DNA of 42,509 bases from NCBI GenBank assembly GCA_947168075.1, contig CAMVKK010000003.1, forward strand, positions 1 through 42,509. Reading direction: 5' to 3'. The number at the start of each line of letters is the position of its first letter. The stretch's first letter is position 1. The notes beneath the pieces are model-generated. The model searched no databases, was not told the DNA's origin, and was given only the letters and a program-made list of their open reading frames with translations. Shown piece after piece: positions 10,467-22,156 of this stretch. Origin of the DNA: an uncultured Alphaproteobacteria bacterium. Lineage in GTDB: Bacteria; Pseudomonadota; Alphaproteobacteria; Rs-D84. The position numbers were made by a program, and so were the translations under genes.

Positions 10467-12944
10467 ATGGCATTAAAGCCCAGATATAAGCGCAGAATCG
10501 CATGGACACTTATCGGTGCCGTGACGGCGGCTTTTGTTGCACTGATATTTATTCCGCCTGCTATTACCCTTAATTTTATGAAGCCAGAATTAGCAACCGC
10601 TGTATACGAACAAACCGGGGTAACGGCGGAATTTAATGGTGATGTAAATTTCAGTATGCTGGGGCGCACAACAATTGTTGCACGCGATATTACCGTACCA
10701 TTTGGAACAATTCATTCTGCAATGTTTTCTGTTCCGCTTTTAAGTGTGTTTAATAAAAAAGATGCTAAATTAACTGGTCCTATTTCATTATATGGCGCAA
10801 ATTTTACGGTCAAAAATCTTAACGCGATTAATTTCAGAAAGAAAATTATTTTCTATAATTCCATTGTTCGCTTTCACAATCACGATTATGAAATTATTCG
10901 TGGCGATTTAGAAAATGGGCGTTTTACCGGCACCGTACGCACCCACCAACATAAATACGATGTTACATTTGAAAATGATGAATTTGTTATTCGTAATCAA
11001 AACAATCAACTGGAAATCGTTGGTCAATTATATGATGACGGTTCCGCCCGCGGACAAATATCACTGGTAACTGACGATGTGAATAAATGGTTTGAATTTC
11101 CTGAACCAAAAATAAACGAAACAGTCGATTTAACCATGAACTTTGAATGGGATGGAAATGTCGGATTTAATTTTACAGATATAAACGCCAATAATATGTC
11201 GGGAAATATCCGCCTGTATCCCGATGGCCGCCGTGATTTGGACTTAAAGGCCAATGATATGAATTTTGATTTTTCGTTTTTAACCGAACCCAATAAAGTT
11301 TTACGTGGGGTTAATCTTAAACTGGATTTTTATGGCAATATTCGTTTTCTTGACCGAATATTTAGTCATGTAAAAATTGATGCTATTGGTACCGATGAAA
11401 AATTACAGATTGGAACAATAATCGCGGATGATATTGCTTTTAACGGCGGCACAATTGATGCGAATGGCGCACATGATATTATGGTAACAATGCCTATGCA
11501 CGGCAAAAACACAATGTGTTTATTCAGTGGCACCCCAAATGCGTGGCAGTGCAGTGAATATACCCACGGTAATATGTATGGTTCATTATCTGTTAATGGC
11601 GATGAATTTAATATCACGGCAATCGCGCCTATTAAAATGCCGGACATCACGACTGTTCGCAAAAATGCGTTACGGTTTGGAAAACGTGGCATTGTTAATT
11701 TTTCTTTTGATGATGCAGCCGGGACATTAACCATTGACGGCGACAATAAAATGCGTCCTGAATTTACATTTGCGAAAAATAAAAACCTGGATTGGCTTGG
11801 TAAAAAATTACCATTTTTACCAAAATCCATGGCGGACGCAGTTGGTAATTTTGAGTGGGAATCGGGCGCGGTTGTTTTTAAGCCACACGATGGTAAATGG
11901 CAAATGGCGATACAAAACGACTATTTTTATATCTATGGAAATAATTTTAAAACCTGGTTCCCGGACATAGATTTACAATCACTGCGCGACAATATTTACA
12001 CAATATCGGGCGAATATAAAAATGGTATGATATCCGATTTAACAATCAATATTGCGAATCATGTGTTTACTGGTTCTATGGTTGATGATTTAATTACATT
12101 AAAGACCGATGTATTAAATCTTGATTCATTTTTATCATCAGACTATATGGATCATTTTGAACAAAAATCGTTTTTAACAATGCACCCGATAATGCTGCCG
12201 TTTGATGTTGATATAAAATTATCACTGTCGGCGGACAAATTGGTGTTTGATGCCAAAGACTATAATAATTTTGTATATTCATTAAAACCAAATGTCCAAG
12301 TATTTTCAATATCTGATGATTATCGCGGAAATATATTGGCGACAATTGAACGCAATGGCAATGATTACGATATATCGTTACAATTAAATCGCTTTGAAAC
12401 ACATGGAAAAATCCTTAACGAACTTATGCCGCTTAATGTTGCCGATGCATATATTACCGGCAATATAGAAATGAAAACCAATGGTATGATTGCACATGAT
12501 TTGAAATATAATTTAAACGGCACAATGGATTTAACATTTGAACGCGGATACATTTTTGGACTTGGGATTGATGATTTCTTTGCGTCCGCAAACAGCATAA
12601 ATATATTAAATGCCGAAGTTGCACTGGGGACCGCACTGAACGATGGCCAGACCCGATTAAAATCGTTACATATAATCGGCAAATACGACCGTGGTAATTT
12701 TGAAACAACCGAACCATTTACATTATCAATGCCACACGCAGATGCAACTGGCGCAGTGCAAATTAATGACGGAAAAATGTCTGCACAAATCTATCTGGTA
12801 CTGCGCGGAACGGCGCCAGAGCCAGCGCCAATTGATATCGAAATATCACCATCTGGGGAACGCGTGTATTCATTATCAGAAATTATGCAAACATTTGACC
12901 CGGCGTATATGCGTGAATTTGTAAAAACGCATGATAGGTATTAG
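10467..12944 (+). CDS. AsmA-like (bridge-like lipid transfer) protein
   Basis: 825 aa; N-terminal TM followed by K..L...V...TG......GDV.FS.L, then beta-rich repeats; C-terminal L.GT motif. Confidence 0.6.
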   Translation: MALKPRYKRRIAWTLIGAVTAAFVALIFIPPAITLNFMKPELATAVYEQTGVTAEFNGDVNFSMLGRTTIVARDITVPFGTIHSAMFSVPLLSVFNKKDAKLTGPISLYGANFTVKNLNAINFRKKIIFYNSIVRFHNHDYEIIRGDLENGRFTGTVRTHQHKYDVTFENDEFVIRNQNNQLEIVGQLYDDGSARGQISLVTDDVNKWFEFPEPKINETVDLTMNFEWDGNVGFNFTDINANNMSGNIRLYPDGRRDLDLKANDMNFDFSFLTEPNKVLRGVNLKLDFYGNIRFLDRIFSHVKIDAIGTDEKLQIGTIIADDIAFNGGTIDANGAHDIMVTMPMHGKNTMCLFSGTPNAWQCSEYTHGNMYGSLSVNGDEFNITAIAPIKMPDITTVRKNALRFGKRGIVNFSFDDAAGTLTIDGDNKMRPEFTFAKNKNLDWLGKKLPFLPKSMADAVGNFEWESGAVVFKPHDGKWQMAIQNDYFYIYGNNFKTWFPDIDLQSLRDNIYTISGEYKNGMISDLTINIANHVFTGSMVDDLITLKTDVLNLDSFLSSDYMDHFEQKSFLTMHPIMLPFDVDIKLSLSADKLVFDAKDYNNFVYSLKPNVQVFSISDDYRGNILATIERNGNDYDISLQLNRFETHGKILNELMPLNVADAYITGNIEMKTNGMIAHDLKYNLNGTMDLTFERGYIFGLGIDDFFASANSINILNAEVALGTALNDGQTRLKSLHIIGKYDRGNFETTEPFTLSMPHADATGAVQINDGKMSAQIYLVLRGTAPEPAPIDIEISPSGERVYSLSEIMQTFDPAYMREFVKTHDRY

Positions 12945-13044
12945 TGATTAGTGTTAGTGAATAGTGATTAGTAAAAACACCGGTGTTTGCCGGTGTTTTT
13001 TTATTATCATTAACTAACCACCAATACTAATCACTAACCACTAA
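12941..13044. repeat. Inverted TTAGTGR heptamer arrays flanking a hairpin
   Basis: ttagtga-ttagtg-ttagtga-atagtga-ttagt on the left; reverse-complement array (taactaa-ccaccaa-tactaa-tcactaa-ccactaa) on the right. Confidence 0.8.
12973..13002. terminator. Intrinsic terminator (CCGG family)
   Basis: aaaaacaccggt-gttt-gccggtgttttttt. Confidence 0.8.
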
Positions 13045-13070
13045 AAAAGCCGGCATCCGCCGGCTTTTTT
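13043..13070. terminator. Intrinsic terminator of aspS (CCGG family)
   Basis: aaaaaagccggc-atcc-gccggctttttt immediately after the aspS stop. Confidence 0.8.
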
Positions 13071-13071
13071 A

Positions 13072-14844
13072 TTAATTTTTATCCCTGATTTTAATATGGA
13101 CATCGCGTAGTTGTTGTTCGGTAACCTCGTTCGGGGAACCCATTAACAAATCTTGACCGCGTTGGTTCGCCGGGAACAAAACTGTTTCACGTAAACTTTC
13201 ACCGGTACCCAATATTTCAGAAATCAATCTGTCGATACCGAACGCGAACCCGCCGTGCGGTGGTGCGCCATATTGGAACGCGGTATACAGCGCGGAAAAG
13301 TTCTTTTCAACCGCTTCTATTGGATAGCCCGCAATATCAAAGCACTTTTTCATAACCTCTGGATTATAATTACGAAGTCCCCCACTGCACATTTCAATAC
13401 CGTTTATAACCATATCGAATTGCGCCGCCTTAATTGAAAACGGATCACGTGTTGTTAAATCTTCGACCGAATCAATAATCGGGTACGAGAACGGGTTATG
13501 CGTGAACTTTGGCGCACCACCACGATCTTCGTCTGGTTCAAAGAACGGGAAATTGTCAACCCAACACAACGCAAAGTCGCGCGGGTTAACCAATCCCAAA
13601 TCTTCGCCCAACTTGTTACGCAGTTTACCGGCGGCCTTGGCTGCGACCTCTTCTTCATCACAGACAAAGAACAACGACGCATTATCGCCCGCGATTTCAT
13701 GCAGTTTTGCAACACGTGCCGCATCCAACTTTTTCGCAACTGGACCTTTGGCTTCGTCCGCAAATACGATGTATCCCAATCCACCAAGTCCCAATTCTTT
13801 GGTTGCATATTCGCCCAATTTATCAAACCACGAACGCGGTTTATCGGCACTGTTTGGTGCCGGAATCGCACGAACAACCGCGCCATTTTCAATTGCGTTT
13901 GCAAATATACCAAATTCAGAACCACGGAATATCTCTGTTACATCACTTATCAAAATCGGGTTGCGCATATCAGGTTTATCTGAACCATATTTTAACATTG
14001 CTTCGTCAAACGAAATATGCGGAATTTCCGGATATACATTTGCGTCCGGCGCAAAAGTTTTTATCATTTCCGGTATAAGCGTTTCACCAACCTTGTGAAT
14101 TTCTGGCAAATCAACAAAGGACATTTCCACATCCAATTGATAGAATTCCAGCAAACGATCTGAACGCAAATCTTCGTCACGGAAACACGGCGCAATTTGG
14201 AAATAGCGATCAAAACCGGACACCTGAATCAATTGCTTGAACATCTGGGGTGCCTGGGGCAATGCATAGAATTTACCGTGATTCAAACGCGATGGCACAA
14301 GGAAGCAACGCGCACCTTCGGGACTGTCCGCGGTAAGCAGTGGTGTTTGAAATTCTGAAAAGCCCATATCCCACATTTTATCACGAATCCATTTTACCAT
14401 TTTATTGCGCATTAAAATATTGTGGTGCAATTTTTCACGGCGCAAATCCAAGAAACGATATTTATAGCGCAATTCCTCACTGGTATCATCATCACCGAAC
14501 ACCTGGAACGGCAGAGTTTCCGCCGCGGTTAAAACCTTCCACGATTGCGCCTGGATTTCGATTTCCCCGGTTGGGATTTTATCATTAATTTGTGATGCGT
14601 CACGCGCCACAACCGTACCAGTAATTTGAATAACGGATTCAGGGCGAACTTTTTCCAACGCCTCGTTACCGCCATCAAACACAATCTGGGTAATACCATA
14701 ATTATCGCGCAAATCGACAAACAACAGCGAACCATGGTCGCGTTTACGATGCACCCAGCCCGACAAAGTTACAGTTTCACCGACATTTTTTGCGGTTAAT
14801 TCCCCGCATGTGTGCGTTCTGTATTTAGATTTCAAAGATAACAT
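13072..14844 (-). CDS. aspS: Aspartate--tRNA(Asp/Asn) ligase, probably non-discriminating
   Basis: YRTHTCGEL, GWVHRKRDHG (His typical of ND-AspRS), YALPQAPQ.FKQL, CFRDED, GAPPHGG.AFGIDR; ATG 14844 with AGGGG SD. Confidence 0.96.
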   Translation of the reverse strand: MLSLKSKYRTHTCGELTAKNVGETVTLSGWVHRKRDHGSLLFVDLRDNYGITQIVFDGGNEALEKVRPESVIQITGTVVARDASQINDKIPTGEIEIQAQSWKVLTAAETLPFQVFGDDDTSEELRYKYRFLDLRREKLHHNILMRNKMVKWIRDKMWDMGFSEFQTPLLTADSPEGARCFLVPSRLNHGKFYALPQAPQMFKQLIQVSGFDRYFQIAPCFRDEDLRSDRLLEFYQLDVEMSFVDLPEIHKVGETLIPEMIKTFAPDANVYPEIPHISFDEAMLKYGSDKPDMRNPILISDVTEIFRGSEFGIFANAIENGAVVRAIPAPNSADKPRSWFDKLGEYATKELGLGGLGYIVFADEAKGPVAKKLDAARVAKLHEIAGDNASLFFVCDEEEVAAKAAGKLRNKLGEDLGLVNPRDFALCWVDNFPFFEPDEDRGGAPKFTHNPFSYPIIDSVEDLTTRDPFSIKAAQFDMVINGIEMCSGGLRNYNPEVMKKCFDIAGYPIEAVEKNFSALYTAFQYGAPPHGGFAFGIDRLISEILGTGESLRETVLFPANQRGQDLLMGSPNEVTEQQLRDVHIKIRDKN

Positions 14845-15010
14845 TTTGACCCCTTTTTTAACATCGGGCGCAAAAATCAGATGGATTTTGGCACCCTTTT
14901 TAAGATTCCGCAGGGGCGCAGATTTCTGCGCGGTGCCACCCCGCATTTATTACTTTTAACTGGGTTTTGGAACTCTGTGTTTGTCAGACACTTCACCGCC
15001 CCGCCCCCGA
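14845..15010 (-). promoter_or_regulatory. T-box riboswitch (Asp specifier, ultra-short stem I, probably translational)
   Basis: Minus strand: GGGGC-GGU-GAA-GUGU[CUGACAA]ACAC-AGA-GUUCC (K-turn plus hairpin with GAC in the loop), then GCGGGG-UGGCACC-GCGCAG[AAAU]CUGCGC-CCCUGC antiterminator fold, upstream of aspS. Confidence 0.82.
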
Positions 15011-15028
15011 AAAAACTTTTTACTTTTG

Positions 15029-15102
15029 TGGTGCCCTAAGCAAGAATCGGACTTGCGACTCGTCCTTACCAAGGACGTGTTTTACCACTAGACTATTAGG
15101 GC
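15029..15102 (-). tRNA. tRNA-Thr(GGT)
   Basis: GCCCTAA acceptor stem, anticodon arm CGTCC-TTGGTAA-GGACG, encoded CCA. Confidence 0.93.
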
Positions 15103-15113
15103 AACGCCCGCCT

Positions 15114-15142
15114 ATTATAACCACCGATTTTCAAATAATCAA
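15114..15142 (-). promoter_or_regulatory. Sigma70-type promoter of tRNA-Thr (and possibly T-box-aspS)
   Basis: TTGATT-17 nt-TATAAT followed by a GC-rich discriminator. Confidence 0.6.
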
Positions 15143-15146
15143 GCGG

Positions 15147-15872
15147 TTAGTGATTTTTAACAAAATGTGCTAAAAACTCTATATTCCCCGACCCACCGGC
15201 AATCGGCGACTGGACGACACCACGACATTCAAACCCGTGTTCACGAAATGCCGCACATACATCTTCGACCGTGGCTGCACGCACAGCTTCATCGCGTATA
15301 ACCCCACGAAACCGCGCAGATAATTCGGCACCACATTCAAATTGTGGCTTAATCAGACACACTACTTCGCGCAACCGCGGCAAAGTCGCCAGTTTATCAA
15401 GTATCTTGGTTACTGAAATAAACGATACATCAATCGTTGCAATATCAACACCCGCAATCAATTTATCGTCTATATGCCGGAAATCGGTCTGTTCATGCAA
15501 TTCTATTTTCGGGTTACCACGCAACGATTGATGCATTTGGTCGGTCCCGGTATCAACCGCGACAATATGCGCGACCCCGCGCCGCAATGCAACATCCGAA
15601 AAGCCACCGGTGGATGAACCAATGTCAATCATATTGCGACCCGTCATATCAATATGGAAAGTATCAATCGCGTGTTCCAACTTTAATCCCCCGCGCGAAA
15701 CATATGGCATAACCGCCCCCCGCACAGAAATTAAATCGGGATTTTCCGCATCGAAACTTGGCTTGGTTATTTGCGCATCACCATAGAACACCGCACCACC
15801 CCGCACAGCATTTGCCGCGCGGTTGCGCGATTCAAACAATCCAAGATTTACCAGCGCAACATCAATCCTCAT
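15147..15872 (-). CDS. tlyA: TlyA family rRNA 2'-O-methyltransferase
   Basis: S4 domain, YVSRGGLKL, DIGSSTGGFSD, DVSFIS, LIKPQFE, SPI.GGSGNIEFL; start placed at MRIDVAL. Confidence 0.93.
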   Translation of the reverse strand: MRIDVALVNLGLFESRNRAANAVRGGAVFYGDAQITKPSFDAENPDLISVRGAVMPYVSRGGLKLEHAIDTFHIDMTGRNMIDIGSSTGGFSDVALRRGVAHIVAVDTGTDQMHQSLRGNPKIELHEQTDFRHIDDKLIAGVDIATIDVSFISVTKILDKLATLPRLREVVCLIKPQFECGAELSARFRGVIRDEAVRAATVEDVCAAFREHGFECRGVVQSPIAGGSGNIEFLAHFVKNH

Positions 15873-15908
15873 AATTTGATTTTTACACAACTGTTATCCA
15901 AGTCAAAT

Positions 15909-15937
15909 AAAAAACACCGGCATTTGCCGGCATTTTT
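15909..15937 (-). terminator. Intrinsic terminator (CCGG family)
   Basis: aaaaaacaccggc-attt-gccggcattttt. Confidence 0.7.
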
Positions 15938-15938
15938 A

Positions 15939-16544
15939 TTATTCTATGCAACAATTAACTTTATTTTTAACCCATTTCCCAAGGCGCTTTACAGCTGATG
16001 TTTCATCTTTTTTTTCGCCGGCATTTACCGGTTTTTTTTCGTCTTTTTTGTCGGCTTCTTTTTTAACTATTACCGCTTCGTAAAATTCTGGAATCTGCTC
16101 ATGAACACCACCCAAATCAATCAGGTGCATATTCAACCCCCAGAACAGTGAATATAAATCGTATGCTTTTGCGAACAGATCTTCGGCGTCCGCCTTGTTC
16201 CCCGCACCTAACGCTTTGGTACCAACCTCCATCAAACGCATAGATGCCGCCAGCAAGTGCTTAGATATACACCAAACTTCGCTGCCATCGGTCCCCGATT
16301 TATCGACAATGCGCGTCATCAATTCTTTACGCATTTCGCGCGTAGTATTTAACAAATCATAAAACCCGGGCTTTTGCGTTTTTGCGCCACTGAAAAAGAA
16401 GTGTTCTTCCAATGATATAAGGTTCATCAAACCAATGGACAAATCCTGGTCCGAAGACAAATCCAGCGGATTCGCTTTTTTTGCAGCGTCCACACGCGCA
16501 ATCATTTCTTCCATGGTTAATTTTTCATTTTTCGCCATATCCAT
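15939..16544 (-). CDS. Conserved-looking hypothetical helical protein
   Basis: 201 aa ORF with AAGGA RBS; motifs NLISLEEHFFF, EVWCISKHLL and C-terminal CCIE. Confidence 0.75.
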   Translation of the reverse strand: MDMAKNEKLTMEEMIARVDAAKKANPLDLSSDQDLSIGLMNLISLEEHFFFSGAKTQKPGFYDLLNTTREMRKELMTRIVDKSGTDGSEVWCISKHLLAASMRLMEVGTKALGAGNKADAEDLFAKAYDLYSLFWGLNMHLIDLGGVHEQIPEFYEAVIVKKEADKKDEKKPVNAGEKKDETSAVKRLGKWVKNKVNCCIE

Positions 16545-16625
16545 CTTTCCTTTATATGTAAATTGGTATGCTTATGATATTAAACAAACACCTAAAAATC
16601 AATATGTATTTACGCCCAAAAAGAA

Positions 16626-16650
16626 TAAAAACCCCGAATAAATCGGGGTT
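16626..16650 (-). terminator. Terminator downstream of tRNA-Met
   Basis: Minus strand aaccccga-tttat-tcggggttttta. Confidence 0.7.
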
Positions 16651-16657
16651 GAATCTT

Positions 16658-16734
16658 TGGTAGCGGGAGAGGGACTTGAACCCCCGACACGTGGATTATG
16701 ATTCCACTGCTCTAACCAGCTGAGCTATCCCGCC
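16658..16734 (-). tRNA. tRNA-Met(CAT), elongator
   Basis: GGCGGGATAGCTCAGCTGGTTAGAGCA-GTGGA-ATCATAA-TCCAC...GGTTCAAGT...CTACCA. Confidence 0.92.
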
Positions 16735-16829
16735 AAGCCAGCGAATTATATCAGACATTTTTGCGATTGCAAGGATATTTGAATAAATCCCTTTGCACAA
16801 AGCCAATAAAAATGATACCATTGATTGTT

Positions 16830-17387
16830 ATGAAAAAGATTACTGTATTTCTAGCATCTTTATTATTTGTATCCGTCGCCAATGCGGCCGCAAACCCATT
16901 TATGGGAGATGCCCAGAATCAGGTTGCTTTTTTCCTGGGCCAGGGATTTGATAACGGTTACATAGTCCCATTGCCATATCATATTGTTCCGTTCTATATT
17001 GTCCAGGGTCAATATTCCCAACCGGCGACTTTTTTCCGCCTGCCGGCGCGTCAGTCGCTTAACATTGCTGAAACAATCGGCCTTGGCAAAAAATACGGAT
17101 GGGATTGGCGAAAATTCACGATTCCAATTGTACTGGCATCGGGTGATGTCGCGCTTTTATATGGCGATAATTGGTATACAGGACTGGGGGCTGGCGTTGG
17201 GTTACAGGCGCAACAAAACGAACGTTTGGGGGCAAAGTTGCTGTTCCAGTTCAAATTGCTTTATGGTTATCGCATAAATGAAAAATGGGCAATCGAACTG
17301 TATGCCCAACATTTTTCAAATGCCAATACAGCCAAAGAAAATCATTCATATGCATTTTACGGAATTGGTGTAACGCGCAATTTTTAA
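16830..17387 (+). CDS. Outer-membrane acyloxyacyl hydrolase / PagL-like lipid A deacylase
   Basis: Signal peptide, beta-barrel pattern, catalytic H-x-S-N motif (QHFSNAN), terminal Phe. Confidence 0.7.
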   Translation: MKKITVFLASLLFVSVANAAANPFMGDAQNQVAFFLGQGFDNGYIVPLPYHIVPFYIVQGQYSQPATFFRLPARQSLNIAETIGLGKKYGWDWRKFTIPIVLASGDVALLYGDNWYTGLGAGVGLQAQQNERLGAKLLFQFKLLYGYRINEKWAIELYAQHFSNANTAKENHSYAFYGIGVTRNF

Positions 17388-18059
17388 TTACCAATCAATT
17401 GGTTCTTTGCCGTGTTGGGCCAGGTATTCATTAGCGCGCGAAAAATGATGATTTCCAAAAAATCCGTGATATGCCGATAATGGGGACGGATGCACACTTT
17501 TCAAAATCAGATTTTTTGTCGGGTCAACTATTTGTGCCTTGCGTTGCGCATAACTTCCCCACAGCATATATACAATATTATCGCGCTTCGCGCATTCACG
17601 AATAACCGCATCGGTAAACTGTTCCCAGCCCATACCGGCATGCGATGCCGCGCTATGCGCCCGAACGGTCAATGTCGCGTTTAATAACAATACGCCCTGC
17701 TGTGCCCAATGAGTTAAATCACCATGTGTTGATGATGGTCGCCCTAAATCAGATTCAATTTCCTTATATATATTTTGCAGCGATGGCGGAATTGGTGTCG
17801 GCGGCAAAACAGAAAAACAAAGTCCATGCGCCTGGCCGGGTTCATGGTATGGATCTTGGCCAATAATTACAACACGCACTTTATCTAATGGGCACAAATT
17901 GAATGCATTGAAAATATTTTTTGGCTCTGGAAAAATCTGTTTGCCCGATTTGTATTCGCCGCGCACAAAGTCGGTAAGTTTAATAAAATAGTCTTTATCA
18001 AATTCCGAACTTAACGCATTTTTCCAAGATTGTTCTATTTTTACATCCATATCCCACAC
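17388..18059 (-). CDS. ung: Uracil-DNA glycosylase
   Basis: [36 protein letters not shown]. Confidence 0.97.
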   Translation of the reverse strand: MWDMDVKIEQSWKNALSSEFDKDYFIKLTDFVRGEYKSGKQIFPEPKNIFNAFNLCPLDKVRVVIIGQDPYHEPGQAHGLCFSVLPPTPIPPSLQNIYKEIESDLGRPSSTHGDLTHWAQQGVLLLNATLTVRAHSAASHAGMGWEQFTDAVIRECAKRDNIVYMLWGSYAQRKAQIVDPTKNLILKSVHPSPLSAYHGFFGNHHFSRANEYLAQHGKEPIDW

Positions 18060-18060
18060 C

Positions 18061-18719
18061 TTATAATTTTATCAGACCAATTTGACATGCTTTCCACAAA
18101 ACAACATCAATATAGCCTATTGGCAAACCCGTCACGCGCGCCAAATGCGCAAACATTTCATCACACGCTTTTTTAATCTCTGGATTTAATTTTCCGTTAT
18201 TAATATCTGAACTTTGAACTCTGCACTCTGAACTCTGGGTCGCGTATGCGACACCTAATCTCTGAATCCAGATGTCATATTTCACAACATTTTCACCCAG
18301 ATTTCGCGCCAGATGATTTGCAGTAATTTTACCAATATGTGGCAGGTTCGAAAGATATTTTATTTTATCATCTAAACTGTCTATGTGGTAATATCCGGCA
18401 CATAGCGCATTTTTATTGTTCCATATTTCACACACCGCACTAATCTTATTTTTATTGTGAAACATCGAAAACAGGTCATCAAAATTTGCACCATGTGTAT
18501 GTAAATATTCTGTGATATTGCCGTGTATTTTCTTTGCCGTCTTTTGTGAAAAACCACCCGCCAAAATCACATATGCACACATGTCGGCAAATTCAGTCGG
18601 CGAAAGTTTACGCGGGTGCGATAAATTTTCCCGAATTTCATCAAAACTTTGGGCGTCGGAATCGGCGCCCAATTTACGGATTTCGTTTTCAAGATTAAAG
18701 AACCAATCTTTATCAAACA

Positions 18720-18720
<1 letters not shown>
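18061..18720 (-). CDS. HhH-GPD superfamily DNA glycosylase-like protein
   Basis: HhH motif [17 protein letters not shown], then KYDIW (KPD-like) and C-terminal IDVVLW. Confidence 0.6.
18204..18235 (-). repeat. Coding heptamer-repeat element, copy 2
   Basis: tatc-tgaactt-tgaactc-tgcactc-tgaactc; encodes [10 protein letters not shown]. Confidence 0.85.
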
Positions 18721-21494
<2,774 letters not shown>

Positions 21495-21498
<4 letters not shown>

Positions 21499-22064
21499 AG
21501 TTTAAATTGCTCTATTTTGGCGATATTTTGGTAAATCCAAAAAAACGCGCCCAGCATATATCTGATATTCGTATGCAGTTCCATCCGCAATTAAAAAAAT
21601 TGCTGGAACACAGTCCGTGGAATAATCTGACCCAATATATGATGCCAAATCCGACCAAAAGCCCAATTACAACCCGGCATATTGGCGGAATAGACTGGAA
21701 CCCGATTATTACACCAAACCTTAAATTATTAGCGGAACTGGAAATCCAGATGTTACACCCGGAAATTGTTGGCGTTTCGCGGTCTGATATTGATAATCGG
21801 ATTAAAACATTATTTGACGGTCTGCGCTGTCCGCAAAATGAACACGAAATTGGCGACAATACTCCGCGTGATATTGGTCCGATTTATACATTGCTGGACG
21901 ATGACCATTTAATAACTAAAATATCGGTAAACACATCGCACTTACTGGGGACAGACATCTTCTCGGGCGATATTCCAAAAACACCTGATTCAATCTTTAT
22001 GATGGTTGATGTTAATGTCCGTGTTGCCGAAGGTACACTCGAAAACCTGCCGTTTATGGTCTAG
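21495..22064 (+). CDS. RusA-like nuclease-fold protein
   Basis: DIDNRIKTLFDGL and LLDDDHLITKISV match the RusA DxDNxxKxxxDAL and DDxxI motifs. Confidence 0.6.
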
Positions 22065-22156
22065 GGTTATAGGTTGTAGGTTTTGGGTTATAAGTAAAAA
22101 ACACCGGCGTTTGCCGGTGTTTTACCAATCACTTACAACCAACAACTAACCACTAA
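22062..22156. repeat. Heptamer arrays flanking a CCGG terminator
   Basis: Plus strand agggtta-taggttg-taggttt-tgggtta-taagt; minus strand ttagtgg-ttagttg-ttggttg-taagtga-ttggt. Confidence 0.75.
22096..22123. terminator. Bidirectional terminator (CCGG family)
   Basis: aaaaaacaccggc-gttt-gccggtgtttt between convergent genes. Confidence 0.8.

Noticed and set aside
14860-14910. Transcription terminator as the T-box output
   Set aside because: The hairpin at 14866-14896 is not followed by a U-tract on the aspS strand, so translational control is preferred
14845-14946. 34 aa N-terminal extension of AspRS
   Set aside because: The region is better explained as the T-box leader; ATG 14844 has an SD and gives the normal N-terminus
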